A DNA stretch of 64,000 bases from the NCBI RefSeq assembly GCF_009914755.1, contig NC_060928.1, one strand, 5' to 3'. A program made the translations under genes and the position numbers. This DNA is from the human T2T-CHM13v2.0 reference genome, Homo sapiens. The notes under the pieces are model-generated. The model saw only the letters and a program-made list of their open reading frames with translations, ran no database searches and was not told the origin of the DNA. Every line of letters starts with the position of its first letter. Positions within the stretch are counted from its first letter, which is position 1. Shown in pieces: positions 47,894-64,000 of this stretch.

Positions 47894-49168
47894 CTAGGTA
47901 CATTCACCATACTAAGTGTATGTGTGAGAATATGTTTATTTTCCTTTTAAAAAAACAATTATCCATGTAGCACACTGGCTAAGGGTATGAGTCCAAGAGT
48001 CCAATGGCCAGGACCTTCCATCTGTAAACTGTGTTCCAGTTGCTCATCTTCTCTGTGCCTCAGTTTCCTCATTTGTAAAATGATAATAATTATAATAGAA
48101 TGCCTTGATTGAACTGTTATATAGAATGAGTGATATTATGCAAAAACAGTGTTCTTGACTCAAATTAGTAATTCTTATCAATTATATTTATTATCACCTG
48201 TCATTTTCTGGGGACTCTGCCAGGCCCTGCAAATGCAAAGGTGGTAAGAAGAAACTCTGTGGTCTTGTCCATGAGAAGGACAATCATACAACCAGTGCCT
48301 GGAAAGGTTGGTGGGTGCTGGAAGGGCAGCAGCAAAGGAGGGGCACCTCTTCTGGGGTCCGTAAGATGACCAGGTTCAGTGGTTCACTAAGACAGCTCAT
48401 GGACTCAGCCTATAGTTGTACCCATGGCTAAGAGTTACTGCAGTGAAAGGATTCAAAGCAAAATCAGCAAAGGGAAAAGCTACAAGGCGTAAAATCCAGA
48501 GGAAACCAGGCACAAGTTTCCAGAATCCTCTCCCCATGGAGTCACACAGGATGCACTTAATTCACATGAGTTGTGGCAGCATGTGTGAAATGTTGTCTAC
48601 CAGGAAGCTATCTTGAGCTTAGAGTCCAGGGATTCTGTTGGGATCAGTCATACGGGCACATCTCCTTCCTGTCACGTACCAAGAGTCCAGACTCCAGGAA
48701 GGAAAGCAGATGTTCAGCTAAGCCACATTGCACCTAATGAGACCCTGTGTTCAGAGTGCCTTGCCAGAAAAGGAGACCTCGAATTGATTTTTGGAACATG
48801 TGAGGAGAGTTCCTGGGCAGAGGGGAATGTGGGTGCTCTAGTTGTGTTGGGGCATGGCTTATTCAGGGACTGCCAGCACGTGCTTGGTTGGGGAGGATAT
48901 GAGATGTGGGTGCAGACCCTAGCGCGACAAAGCCGCTATCTCAGGGAGCTGTGGTCTAGGGGAATGACAGATAAACTGTGGCTTAGATACCCTGGTAGGC
49001 TAACCAAACAGCTGGTGGGAGCTCGGGGTCAGAAATGCCCATGTTAGTGGCCCAGGGGAGGCTCCAGAGAAGGGATTATTTTGGAGGGATTTTTCAGGGC
49101 GAGGAGTCCATTCTGGGTGTAAAAGTGATTGGAGATGGGGCAAAAGGAGTGGCTTTAAAAAGCTTCTG

Positions 49169-49458
49169 GGCTGGGCGCGGTGGCCCACACCTGTAATCCC
49201 AGCACTTTGGGAGGTCAAGGCAGGCAGATCATTTGAGCTCAGGAGTTCGAGAGCAGCTTGAGCAACACAGCATAACCTCATCTCCACAAAAAAATATAAA
49301 AAATTAGCCAGGCATAGTGGCATACACTCTATAGTCCCAGCTATTTGGGAGGCTGAGGTGAGAGGGTCACCTGAGTCCAGGAAGTCGAGGGTGTGATCAC
49401 GCCCCTGAACTCCAGCCTGGGCGACAGAGGGAGATCCTGTCTCAAAACAAAACAAAAA
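49169..49458 (+). mobile_element. Alu (AluJ-like)
   Basis: Dimer with tgagctcaggagttcg and J-type right arm. Confidence 0.88.
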
Positions 49459-49682
49459 GCATCTGCACAATGAAACATGCAATGAGATGCCATTTATGGG
49501 TGAATGAACACAAACACCAAAAGCCACCTTTATGAACATGATATGCAGGGAAAGTAGAGACCTGTAAACTGGAGAGAGGGTCACTGCATTCATGGGGATG
49601 GCTGTCTGAGGCTGAGAGGGAGGGAAAAGGATTGCAGGGAGCCATAAAGAATTCCAACTTGACCTGTAAAGTTCCATGTTTT

Positions 49683-50247
<565 letters not shown>

Positions 50248-50568
50248 TAGAAAGATATTGGGGTGGGGGAGCGGGGATGAAGGCAACAGAATGATAAGAC
50301 AAGAGGCAGGACAGCCGGAGCCATCTCTGAGCTGCCTGGAAGCCCTGCTGGGTGATCTTGAGTGTGAGGGGAACAGAGGTCTTCCACGTTATTTGAGGAG
50401 GACTCATGATAAGACGTGAAGTTTATGAAAATAACTCACTTAAGCATGGAGGGTGGAAGGGAAGACAAAGAGACCAGTGGGGATTGTGAAAATAATCTAG
50501 ATGGTGACCCAGGGGAGGCCCTAATGATGGTTTTGAGGAGATGCCAGAGTTAGAGAGCTCACTGTGGG

Positions 50569-50642
50569 AGGAGAGCAGGTGTGAAGCTTGGCAAGGAGAG
50601 CAGATGTGAAGGTTGGCGAGGAGAGCAGGTGTGAAGCTTGGC
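50569..50642. repeat. 25-bp minisatellite, about 3 copies
   Basis: aggagagcaggtgtgaagcttggca repeated three times with few mismatches. Confidence 0.85.
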
Positions 50643-50687
50643 TGAGTGGGGTTGAGAGGGCTCTAAGGTGACGGGTGCATCCCAAGG

Positions 50688-51032
50688 CTGTGCGTGTGTG
50701 CGTGTGTGTGTGTGTAGGAGTGTGTCTATGTGTGCAAGTATGTATGAGTCTATGTGTGATTCATGTGTGTATGTGTGCACTTGTCTATGCATGGATGTAT
50801 GTAGGAGTGTGTGCATGGGTCAAATGTGAACGAAAGTGTGCATGTGTTCCTGTGTGTGTGCATGTGTGTATATGTGCCTGTGTCTGCATGCATATGTGTA
50901 TGAGTACATGTGCATGTGTCTGTGTGTACAAGTGTGTGTGCATGTGGGGGAGTTACTTGTCTGTGTGTACAAGTGTGTGTGCATGTGGGGGAGTTACTTG
51001 TATGTGTGTCTATGCATGCTTGCATACGTGTG
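50688..51032. repeat. (TG)n-rich tract with a perfect 41-bp duplication
   Basis: Degenerate TG repeat. tgtctgtgtgtacaagtgtgtgtgcatgtgggggagttact at 50917-50957 and 50958-50998. Confidence 0.9.
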
Positions 51033-51163
51033 ACTTGAGAGTTCCTGTCTGTGGATCTCCTTGTGTCTTGTGGGAGGCTTGTGGAGGAGAGGCAGAGAGC
51101 AGCTCAGGCCCCACACAGGGTCCTGCCGTGACCTGTAACCCCATCTGTGGTTCTCCGCTCCAG

Positions 51164-51376
51164 GAGCTGTACTTCAGCACCGTGGACACTTTCCAGAAGT
51201 TCGTGGATGCCCTGTTCCTTCAGACGCTCCCTGGCATGACTGGCCTCCCCCCGGAAGAGTGTGACTACTTGAGGCAGGAAGTCCAGGAGAACGCTGCCTG
51301 GCAGCTGGGGAAGTCAAATCGCTTCCAGAGGCAGCAGTGGAAACTCTTCCAGGAGCTCCTAGAGCAAGACCAGCAG
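51164..51376 (+). CDS. EVC: EVC exon 12 (213 nt)
   Basis: Acceptor ttctccgctccag|, donor CAG|gtgcgg. Encodes [38 protein letters not shown]...LLEQDQQ. Confidence 0.95.
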
Positions 51377-51764
51377 GTGCGGGCATTTGGGAACCCAGGG
51401 GCTGGGGTCTGCATTTTAGAAACACACGAAGAAGCGTGAGAGATCTCACGTCCTGAACACCCACTAGTGCCTATTGTAGGTGCTCTACGGAGATGACTGT
51501 TGCCTCCCTTTCACAATGGCCCACCACAGGGGTGGGATGAGAGAGCAGAGCCCTTATCTCCCTCAACAGGAAGTCGGAGATGATACCTTAAGTTGATCGA
51601 TTAAGAAGAGCAGCAAAGCTTGTTCTTTAGAACGAGAGAAATAAGTAGCCAACCAAATGGCAGGAAGGAAAGGGGTTCACAGGGAGTGGGCTCAGTGGGG
51701 GTGGGAGAAGCGGCACACAGGACTCCTGTTTTTCAGTGAGTCTGATTATTAAGACCATGGATTT

Positions 51765-52541
<777 letters not shown>

Positions 52542-54200
52542 TAAAAACTGTTAAATTAAAGAAGGCATTTCCAAATTCAACATCCACCAAGACAGCCCAC
52601 CAGTCCTTTCTCCCCTGCCTTCGGCCCTCTAGAGGCTGTGAAACTAACATCCTCAATATCCATATCCCTTGCAACTAGCCATGGCTGAGTGACACTGCTC
52701 TGGCCTTTGAAACAAAGCAAAGGGCTTCTGTTTCCTGATACCAGAGCCGGTTTTGCTTGGAGCAGCCCCCTTCTTCAGTGTCCCATTCTTCCTTCTTAGA
52801 ACGCATGGGAGGCCTGGAGGTGCATCAGCCTTTCTCTGCCCTAGAGGCAGCCTGCGTGAGCCTGGTGGGCTCCAGATGGTGGAGCAGTCTCAGACAGCCC
52901 TGAGCCCCTGGCAGTGCTGTTAAGCCATTACCGCAGCCCTGAACCGCCTGCCCCTACATGCTTATTGTCAGAAACAAGCCCTGTTTCTTTAAGTTGGGTT
53001 TGCGATTAGTTACAAAAGACCAGTGTGACTGATGCATCCATCTGAAAGAGGTTTCCTAAAACAATTCCTTGGGGCAATAGAAAGTACAAAGTAGATAGAG
53101 GAGAGCGTTATGCAAACACATGACCACTCACAGCTGTGGGGACAGGCACAGGGCCTAGTTGCCTGCCCGAATGAATTCTTAGACCTCCTTCTAGTTCATT
53201 CAGTCCTCTGTCAGTGGCATCCGGTTGCCCTGTCGTAGGTGACTTGTCTGTCTCCTGCATTTGGCTATGAGTTCCTTGAGGACGGCAACCCTGATTTTCA
53301 TCTTGACACCACCTATTCAAAGCCCAGTGGCTGCAATATGGTAAATGTTCAGGAAAACTTGTAGCATTTCCAGCAACAATAATGCAGCTTTGGAAATGAT
53401 TACAGTGTTGCCTTTGCCCTGTATTCTTCGAAGGGATCTAAATGAAGCTGAATTCTTCCTATTCATTCCAAATCCTAGGCCGCAGACCAATTCATTTACA
53501 GTCTTTGGGGAGGGAGGAGGACCTGGGCCTCAGTGTCTCAGAAACCAGGTGAGCCTAATGGGCCTCTGAAGTGGACCCACTAAATGAGTGTAGGGGCCTT
53601 TTAGAGACCATTGTGGTTTTGCAGCCAGGCCCCTAACCTCAGAAGCCTAAGATATGGGTTTGAGCCAGAGCAGACACATTAATGGGCTGTGTGACTTTAG
53701 CCAGTGAGCTGACCTCTTGCAACTCTGTGATTTTACACAACTTGCTAAAAATGCCTCAGAACTACACCTTCTATGTGAAAACTAAGGGTCACAATATCCA
53801 AATGATTCCATTCAGATAATGCAAGTTAAGACCTTTTGCACAATATCTGTTGAATCATTTAATGGTATTGATAGTGAAGGAATCCAGAATTTCATTTCTG
53901 ACAAAACACCTGTGATTCATCTAAAACTCTCTGGTTAGGAGTCTTAAGTTATTTTAGGCAAATAGACTATGCTCAGCTCTGTTTTGAATGTTTTATTTGT
54001 TTACTTTGTGAGCATACGATTGTGAATTTTTCTTGGCATGTGGGGAAGGTTTCTGGTTGAGTTTTGCATGCAGGAAGCAAGCAGGAGAGTTAATGACCTC
54101 ATCAGCTGATTACATAAGTATGACCCAAGACTGTTTTCTCAAGGTGTCTATGTCACAGTTAATTTACTGATTACTTAACTGCCTTAAATTAACACATGAT

Positions 54201-54575
<375 letters not shown>

Positions 54576-54829
54576 TCAGATGAATATTAGTCATGAGAAG
54601 AAAAGCACCAGCGAAGCTATTCATGGAAAATCAAAAACACATCGACTACAAATTGCCTTTCCCACATTGTTTTCTATCCAAAAAGACAGTGGGTCGTTTC
54701 ATATCCCATTGCTCAGGGAAGTTATTAAAAATTAATGGAATTTGTGAATTACCCCGTTAGAACAGGTTGTAGAATGGTGTTTCTCAAAATTTAATCTGCT
54801 CTAATGCAGATTTCTGCTCTCAGTCCCCT

Positions 54830-55303
54830 TGCGGTAGGCAGCTATAATGGCCCCCCAGAGAGGCCCACATCCTAATCCCTAAAACCCGTGAATATGTCTG
54901 GTTACAAGGCAAAAAGGACTTTGCAAATCTTTGCGAATGTGATTAAGCAAAGGATCGTGAGATGGGGATATTCTCCCGATGATCTGGCTTGGCCCCATGT
55001 TATCACAAGGGTCCTTATAAGTGAAAAAGGAGCAGCAGTGCCAGAGTGAGGAGTGAGGAAGACTCTGCAGCCATTGCTGGACTTGAAGACGGAGGAAGGG
55101 GCTGTGAGCCCGGGAATGCAAGTGCCCTCTAGGAACTGGAAAGGGCAAGAAAATGGATTCTGCCCCAGACCCTCGGGGAGGAGTGCAGACCTGCCAACCC
55201 TCATTTCAGGCTTCCGATCTCCAGAAGCGTAAGGTAATAAGTGTTGTTTTAAGCCAACAAATTTGTAATAAAGTGTTATAGCAGCCACAGGAAACTAACA
55301 CAC
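54830..55303 (+). mobile_element. MaLR LTR (MLT1D-like)
   Basis: ataatggccccc...cacatcctaatccc...gcagccacaggaaactaacaca. Confidence 0.75.
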
Positions 55304-56422
55304 CAGTGAGTAGGAGTGGGGCAGGGAATGTGGCAGTTGGTGCACTCCTTAGCATAACAGTAAAGAACACCAGTGCTAGAGGCAGTCTGTCTGAGTTTGA
55401 ATCCTGGCTCCCCACCTCACTCTCCTCTCCCTCTGGCTCTGCACCCCACTCCGGGTGGTTTTCATCATTTCATCACCAAGTCTGCTCTCCTCTGTGCCGA
55501 GCTTTCAGGCCTCCTCTTACTGGACAAGGTGGTGTTTGGCCAAGTTGGTCTCTTTCCTCCTCCTTGAAACACCCGCTTGACTCTCTTGCTTCTCCTCCCA
55601 GCTCACTTCTTTCTCCTTCTCAGTCTCCTTTGCTGGCCCCTTCCCAGCTCCTTAATTTCTGAACACTGGAGAGCCCTGGGGTGCAGTCTCCAGTCCTCTT
55701 CTTTATCTACATGCACTGTCTCAGTGATCCCATCCAGTCACACACCACCTGTATTAGTTTTCTAATGCTGTGTAACAAGTAACCCCCAAACTAGAAGCTT
55801 AAAACAACATGCACTTATTGTCTCACAATTTCTGTGGGTCAGGGGTCCAGGCACAGTTTAACTGGGCCCTTTGTTCAGGGCCTCTCACAAGGCCACATCC
55901 AATCCCTGGGCTGGGGCTGGAGTCTCATCAGAAGGCTTCACTGGAGAAGAGTCACTTCTGTGCTCACTCACATGGCTCCCCCTCTCAGGTTTCAGTTCCT
56001 CAAGGGTCGTTGGACTGAGAGCCAACAGCTTCCAAATTTACATGCTCAGCTCAGGATCATTCCTGAACTCAGATCTACATGAAGTCTCCATTTAGATGAT
56101 TGATAGACATGAGAAATGGGTGTGTCAAAAACAGCCGTTGCTCTTCCTGCCAACCTGCCTTACCCACAGCCTTCCTCCATTTTTCTACTAAATTAGGGCA
56201 AAAACCTTGGGGTCATCCTCGACTCCTCTTTCTTTCACACCCTACATCGGTGGACAAGAAATCCCATTGATTTTGCCTTCCGTCTAATCCTGAATGTAAC
56301 CACTATTCAGCACCTCCCCTCTTAGCACCCTGGTCAAAACCACTCTTGTCTGGGTTACTGCAACAGCTGACCAACTGCTTTACCTCCATTCTCAACCCCC
56401 ACCCAGAGTGATACGTTTAAGA

Positions 56423-56608
56423 CACGCTTGTCCAACCCACAGGCTGCATGCAGCCCAACACAAATTCATAAACTTTCTTAAAACATCATGAGATTTTTTC
56501 ACGTTTGTTTTAGCTCCTGAGCTGTCATTCGTGTTAGTGCATTCTGTGTGTGGCCCAAGTCAGTTCTTCCAGTGTGGCCCGGGGAAGTCAAAAGATTGGA
56601 CGTCCCTG
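56423..56608 (-). mobile_element. MER30 hAT MITE
   Basis: gcttgtccaaccc...aaaagattggacgtccctg; 8-bp near-TSD gtttaaga/ttttaaga. Confidence 0.75.
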
Positions 56609-57507
56609 TTTTAAGACATCCTGTATGCCACTAATTTTTAGGATACATATTTAAAAATATTTTAACATCCCTGAAATCAAGATACACTTTAATTGGCAGT
56701 GACTTTTCTCTGTTAGTGATACTGGAAATAATTGGGCATCTTACAGTCGTCAGCACAATAGATTTGATAGGGAACACTAAGTCACATCGTGTTGCTTCTC
56801 TGCAGAACCCCCAATGGCTTCTCATTTCACACAGCATGAAAGTCAGAGTCCTCGCCACACTCTGCAAAGCCCACCATGTCAGGCCCTGGCTGCCCTCTGA
56901 CCGCAACTGCATGCTGCCCCCAGCCCCAGTGGTTCCTTGCACTCCTCTGGCTTTCTGGGCACGTTCCTGCCTTACTCTGTCCTGCTCCTGGTCTTTGCTC
57001 CATGTCACCTTCACAGCAAGGCCTACTCTGACCATGCTGTTTAAAACTGCAATGCCCCCCTCACCCCCAGCACTCCAGTGTTTGCCTCGGGAGTTGATTG
57101 TAGAGTCCACCCCACCTAAAAACCCTCCCTGTTTCTAGGAGGACACTAACAAACTTTCAGCACATGCTAGGCATCAATCAATAGATCTTTCCCTTTCTCC
57201 CCATAATACATGAGAGTTTGAAACAAAGAGTAAAACTTACTTGAGGCCACAAAATGACCTGGTAGCAATGACCAGCACTCTAGCCCGAGGAAGCACCTCT
57301 TCTGAATGTAAGCATTTACAAGCCTGCATTTGATAATGCTGAAGAGGTTTATGTAACAGCTGCAGGCACCATCTGGTCCAGAGATCTTGACCTTATCGAT
57401 CATCATCGAATCCTGTTGCTAGTTTAAGCTGCATTCTCAAAACACGCAGCAAAGACCCCTATATACTTTAGTGGCAATGCAGACTCACCTTTCAAAGAAT
57501 CAAGACT

Positions 57508-57864
<357 letters not shown>

Positions 57865-58420
57865 TTATTGTAAACTCCTTACAAGAGGAATCAGAGATGG
57901 GAGTTAATGAAATGTTCCAGATAGCACAGTGTAGTTTTGTGAGAGTTAAGTGCAAGTGTTATGAATCACAGCATCCACCAGAACTGAAGTCTAGGCTGCA
58001 AGTGCTTCTGTCCAGGCCTCTGTGTTTAATCTGCATTCCAAATGCAGCGTGCGCCATCTCCAGGATGCCAGAGGTACAGCCTTTTACAAAGCCATGGAAA
58101 AGGGACTGACTCTCACCTTAAGGATGGAGTCCTTGGTTGTAGCATGGTCTTGCTGACTTAGGTGCATCTGGTGATGTGAGATCGTCAGGGAGGAGCATGG
58201 TGGATTTAGAAAATATTGGAGCTTTGGAGACAGAAAGATGCAGATTTCAGTTCCTGCCCCACTGTTTATTAGCTGTGTGACCTTGGACCTCATTAGAATG
58301 GGCTTTGTAATGTGTGTTCTTTTAAAAACAGAGGAGATTAATAGCCCTAAAAACAAGACACTGTGAAACAAAACAAGACACTGAAAAAATATACTTTATG
58401 AATGAAAATTATAGTAATGA

Positions 58421-58717
58421 GGCTGGGAGTGGTAGCTCATGCCTGTAATCTCAGCACTTTGGGAGGCCGAGGCAGATGGATCACTTGAGGTCAGGAGTTC
58501 AAGACCAGCCTGTCCAACATGGTGAAACCCTGTCTCTACTAAAAATACAAAACATTAACTGGGCGTGGTGGCGGGTGCCTGTAATCCCAGCTACTCCAGA
58601 GGCTGAGGCAGGAGAATCGCTTGAACCCGGGAGGTGAAGCTTGCAGTGAGCCGAGATCTCACAGGAGATCACTTAGCCTGGGCAACAGAGCAAGACTCCA
58701 TCTCAAAAAGAAAAAAA
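58421..58717 (+). mobile_element. Alu (AluSx-like)
   Basis: 17-bp TSD gaaaattatagtaatga at 58404-58420 and 58718-58734. Confidence 0.92.
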
Positions 58718-58734
58718 GAAAATTATAGTAATGA

Positions 58735-61150
58735 AAACAGAAATCTAATTGGATTAGTTAATGGAATAGCAGATTAAATTGTGGCTAAAGAAACAATGTG
58801 CGAACTAGAAGATAAATGTGAGAAGGTGGTCCTGGAACACAGCTCAGAGATCTAAAGAGATGGAAAATATAGAAGAAGAGACATGGAGAATAGGATGACA
58901 AAATCCTATAGGAGTAGAAGGTATCTAATTCTGAAGAAATAAAATAGACAATTTTCAAAACAGTAAGTGAGAACAGAGGGAGTGAGAGGGAAATAAGAAA
59001 TAATATTGGGCAAAGGAACATTGATGATTCAAACAATGAACTGAAGAGTTTAGAAAGGAGCGCTTTAGATGAAGAGTTTAGAAAACAGCGCAGAACCAAA
59101 ATAATGAAGAGCAGTATCCAGGAAGGCAGAGAGAACACTGGAATCTTATTTCTCCTTCTAGTCTGGAGGAGGGCAGAAGTATGAACTTTATATTTACAAA
59201 TTAAATATACAACTTAAAAACTGAAGAGTAATCACCTGGGAGAGAAAAGAATAGCCCCTCCCATCCAGGAGCCAGCTTGTTACTCACAGCTGGGCCTGGG
59301 TGTTCTCCTATTGAACAACCAACCACCGAGCATCCACATGATGAGGCCCCTCTGTTACATGAAAGATGGAGCCAAAAATGAGACCACCCTGCCACCATAC
59401 CTGAACACAGACCCAACGTGAACACTGTCCAACTCCCCACCCCTGAAATGCCCAGACACCCCGCCCTGGCTGAGCCAAGCCTGGCTTCATTAAGCCCTCC
59501 CCAGCCCACACCTGGGCCTTTCTAACCCCTCTACACATTCTCCCTTGCTGCATCAAGTGATAACCCAATCTGTTCAGCCTTAGGGGAGCTCTGATGGCCT
59601 GTGCAGTGCATTGACAGAGTAAAATAACTAAGCAGAATATGTGACTTCCAAGGTAGAGAAAAAAGTATTCCAAAATGCAGGTTAGACACCTAAAAAATGA
59701 TGAATCCAATAAAAGAGAAAAACATTGGGAAGAATGCACATTTCATAATATCTAGAAAAGACAAGATTAGATGGTGGGAAATAAGTCCAAGCATCCCATT
59801 AGTCACAATAAATACTAGCAGATCCATTCAGATTGCTAAAAAACACATTTCCTAATCTAGCTATGTGGCATTACAGGAGACACAGCTAGATCATCAAAAG
59901 TTAGAAAGTCAAGTTAAGGAAAACAATATCCCAGGCAAATATCCACCAAAAGAGAGTGCATGATACTAAGATCTGATGAATTATACTTTAGGCAGAAAAC
60001 TTTTTTTAGGGATAAAGAGAGTCATTGCATAGTGTAAGAGGAACATACAACAATTTAGCCACAAAACACATGAAGCAAAATTGGACAGACTTGAAAGACA
60101 AACAAATTGAAACCATGATGGAAGACTTTAATACCCCACCTCACAGAAAATAACAGACCGATCAGACCGTAAGTCAGGCCGTGAAAAGATCTGTTCTGAA
60201 CAACACAGTCAGTTAGGATGAGCAGACGCTCCTACATCGAATTTTATGCACCATATTTATGGATAATATGAATGTCTCTATTGAAAAGCCAAAAGGATCT
60301 ACAAACTGTCACAACTATGAAGATTGCTCTGAAATGTCACCATATACGAAATCAGTATCCCAAACCAGTAGATTTCCTCCATACCAGCAACACCCAGTGA
60401 CAAAGAAAGATCATCTTCAGAATAAAAGCCACAAGGTACCTAAAAATAAGTTGACCAATGTGTATAAGGGCTTAAGGGAGACGTTTATAGAATGTCATTG
60501 AAGGCATGAAGAAAAATGAGAGAAATGGCATGTTTTGGGGTGGAAAACTCAGTTTTCCAAAGATGGCGATTCTCTCCAAATTGATCTGTAAAATCAACCC
60601 AATTATGAGAAAATTCCAAAGAGTCTTTTTTCCCCTAAACTTGACCAGCTGATCCTAAAAGTCATATGAAAGGAAAAGCAACCAAGAATAGCTCAGGCAG
60701 CTTTGAACAAGAGGATAAGGCAGGACCTACCCTCGCTGCATTGATATTTAATTGCTACATTAGTAAGCATGGTATTGGTGCGGAAATAAACACACCAATA
60801 GAACAAAGTACAGAAGCTGGGACAAGATGTGTGTGTATATGTTAATTATACAAGACAAAGTGGCGTTAGAGGAAAGCCAGAAAAAAAATAAATTATTTAA
60901 TAAACACTGTTGGGACAATTAGTTATCCATTTATCCAGAGAAAATTAGATCCCTTCCTTACTCCACAGAAAATAAATTTTAGATACTTCAATTTAGAATA
61001 TTTAAAATTTTCGTATTTGCATTTTTCCTAAATGCAAATAGGAAAGATTTTAAGGTTTTAGAAGAAAATACAAGAGAAAATGTTAATGAAATCGGGGCAG
61101 AAAGGGATTTAAAAAAGAAACGCACACAAACAAGAAACAAAATGCACAAT
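58735..61150 (+). mobile_element. Highly diverged ancient L1 (L1ME-like) fragments
   Basis: A-rich sequence with ORF2-like remnants (attctctccaaattgatctgtaaaatcaac, cttgaccagctgatcctaaaa). Boundaries approximate. Confidence 0.55.
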
Positions 61151-61180
61151 CCTAGCAAGCAGGATTGTTGAAGTGAGTAA

Positions 61181-61327
<147 letters not shown>

Positions 61328-61835
61328 TGAGTACAGCTCCCTGAAGGCCCAGGGCTTTGTGTCCTGCATGATGCTCCCTCCAGCCTCAGTGTCCTCATCT
61401 GTACAGTGGGCACGCTGACTGCCCCTCAGCTTCCTTTGAATGTAAATGACTTAACGTTTCTTAGCCTCGATTTCCTCATCTATAAAATGGGATAATGATA
61501 TCTATTTGATAGAGTTGTCTGTCATAGGAACTTTTTTAAACAGCTTTTTTCAGGTATAGTTTACATACATTTATTTTACGAGTACAATTCAGTGATTGTT
61601 AGTAAATTTTACAGAGTTCTACCCCATCACCACAATCCAAATTTAGAACATTTCTATCACCCCAAAAATTGCTACAACGCAATTGTAAAAGATTTCTTGT
61701 GCCCAATTGCAGCCACTCCCCAATTTATTATCAGTTTTTATATTCATTTTTCACATTTTTGCTATAACAATTAGTGCAATATGGTCTTTCCAATTTGCTG
61801 GAAAGTATTTTTTTCCTTCTTTCATTATGAGAAAA

Positions 61836-62015
61836 ATATATATATATTTATATATATATTTATATGTATTTATATATTTATATATATTTATATATATTTT
61901 TATATATTTATATTTTTATATATTTATATATATTTATATATATTTATATACTTATATATATATTTATGTATTTATATTTATATACATATATATATATTTT
62001 TTATATATATATATA
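61836..62015. repeat. AT-rich (TA/TATT)n tract adjoining an Alu tail
   Basis: About 180 bp almost purely A/T. Confidence 0.92.
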
Positions 62016-62319
62016 TTTTTTTTCTTTTTTCTCGAGACAGACTCTCGCTCTGTCGCCCAGGCTAGTGTCCAGTGGTGCAATCTTGGCTCACTGCAACTTC
62101 CCTCTGCCTCCCGGGTTCAAGTGATTCTCCAGCTTCAGCCTCCCGAGTAGCTGGGATTACAGGTGCCCACCATCATGCCTGGCTAATTTTTGTATTTTTT
62201 GTAGAGATGGGGTTTCACCATGTTGGCCAGGCTGGTCTCAAACTCCTAACCTCAAATGATCTACCCACCTCAGCCTTCCAAAGTGCTAGGATTACAGGCG
62301 TGAGCCACCATGCCCAGTC
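62016..62319 (-). mobile_element. Alu (AluS-like)
   Basis: Reverse-complement dimer. Confidence 0.9.
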
Positions 62320-62344
62320 GAGAAAAAAATTTTTGATATAGCTA

Positions 62345-62860
62345 TTTTTTAGTTTTATTTTTCAACTTTTATTTTAGATTCAGAGGGCACATGTGCAGGT
62401 TTGTTACAAAGGTATATTGCGTGATGCTGAGGATTGGGGTACAGCTCCCATCACCCAGGTAGTGGACGCAGCACCCCATAGGTAGTTTTTTAACACTTGG
62501 CCCCCTCTTGTAGACCCCAGGGTCTATTGTTCCCATCCTTATATCTATAGGTGCCCAATGTTTAGCTCCCACCTATAAGTGAGAACATGCAGTATTTGGT
62601 TTTCTGTGTCTACATTAATTTCCTTACGATAATGGCTTCCAGCTGCATCCATGTTACTGCAAATAACATGATTTCATTATTTTTTATGACTGCATAGTAT
62701 TCCATGGTGTATATATACCATTTCTTTATCCAATCCACCATTGATGAACACCTAGGTTGATTCAGTGTCTTTGCTATCATGAATAGCACTGCAATGAACA
62801 TATAAGTACATGTGTCTTTTTGGTAGAATTTATTTTCAATTTATTTTCTTTCAGGTATCA
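62345..62860 (-). mobile_element. Older primate L1 3' end (L1PA13-16/L1PB-like)
   Basis: caacttttattttagattcagagggcacatgtgcaggtttgttac...; ORF 62610..62801 resembles the ORF2 C-terminus. Confidence 0.75.
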
Positions 62861-62978
62861 ATATAACTATTTTTTAGTTGCCCAGCCCTTTGCAGAAAAC
62901 AAATTGTGCATACCATCAAGAAGCAGGTGTCTAGCTATGGAATTGGATAATACAAGGGAAACATCAGAAGAGGATGGA

Positions 62979-63389
<411 letters not shown>

Positions 63390-64000
63390 TTAATTGCATT
63401 AATGTTTAGTCCATTTATGTTTAATGTAAATCCTCATGCTGATATATATTTGGGTTTTCATATCAGTTTATGAAAATTCTCAGATGTTTTCCCTTTAGAT
63501 CTTCCCCTGCCTATTCTCTCCCTCCTCTCTTTCTGGGACTCCAGTGACAGGATTTCTGAGGCTTTTCCACTTTATCCCATATGTCTCTTACATGCTCCTC
63601 TGTATTTTTCATTCTTTTCTTCTCCGTGGTTCAGCATGGATATTTTCCTTTGAGGTATCTTCCAGCCACTCTCTCTTCAGCCATATTTTATCAGGTGCTA
63701 AACCCATCTCCTGAGTTGTTCATGTCAGTTATTGTGTTTTCAGTTCTAGGATGTCCATTTGATTCCTTGTATAGTTTCCAGTTATCTGCTGAAATTCTTC
63801 GTCTTATCATTTAATTTCTGGAACATATTAATCATAATTAGTGTAAAGGTTGTGTCTGACGATTCTGTTTTCTGATATCTCGTGGGCATGTTTCTATTGT
63901 CTGTTTTTCTCTTTATTTTTAGTTAATTCTCGTCTGGGTATTTTTATTGGATGATGACCACTAAGCATGAGAAATTGTAGATAATTTAAGACTTCAAATG

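Noticed and set aside
50569-50642. Short direct repeats as a CRISPR-like array
   Set aside because: Head-to-tail minisatellite without spacers in mammalian intronic DNA; no cas genes.
50675-51439. 254-aa Cys/Val-rich ORF
   Set aside because: TG repeat happens to be in frame with EVC exon 12; only 51164-51376 is real coding sequence.
59240-59620. GC-richer island in ancient L1 with a minus-strand GTGAGT donor at 59287
   Set aside because: Weak exonic context and no matching acceptor or ORF; insufficient to call an antisense exon.
61707-62341. Tyr/Ile-rich and Alu-like ORFs
   Set aside because: AT-rich simple repeat and Alu translations; the same applies to the other Alu-derived ORFs in the track.

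Overview
Human (primate) genomic DNA containing the middle of the EVC gene (Ellis-van Creveld ciliary Hedgehog-signalling protein, 4p16) on the + strand. Nine coding exons (5-13 by my recollection of the reference structure; about residues 206-629) were reconstructed by hand. All have GT-AG junctions and splice into one open frame. The haplotype encodes His258, Lys449 and Gln576, which I recall as common benign variants. The rest is intron, rich in transposable elements: a full-length Tigger1, about 17 Alus, a cluster of MaLR/ERV1 LTRs, MER DNA elements and simple repeats. The 27-kb intron 11 holds two antisense L1PA3-like elements, one full-length and one 5'-inverted. I see no CRISPR, RNA gene or clearly new biological system. 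The best leads are: (1) an extended, uninterrupted ORF0 in the full-length L1, whose antisense promoter points along EVC and has phase-0 donors matching EVC exon 12; (2) five apparently non-consensus substitutions shared by both L1s; (3) a latent pseudoexon in intron 7 and a strong antisense acceptor beside exon 8. Repeat family names come from remembered consensus sequences, and ancient-repeat boundaries are approximate.
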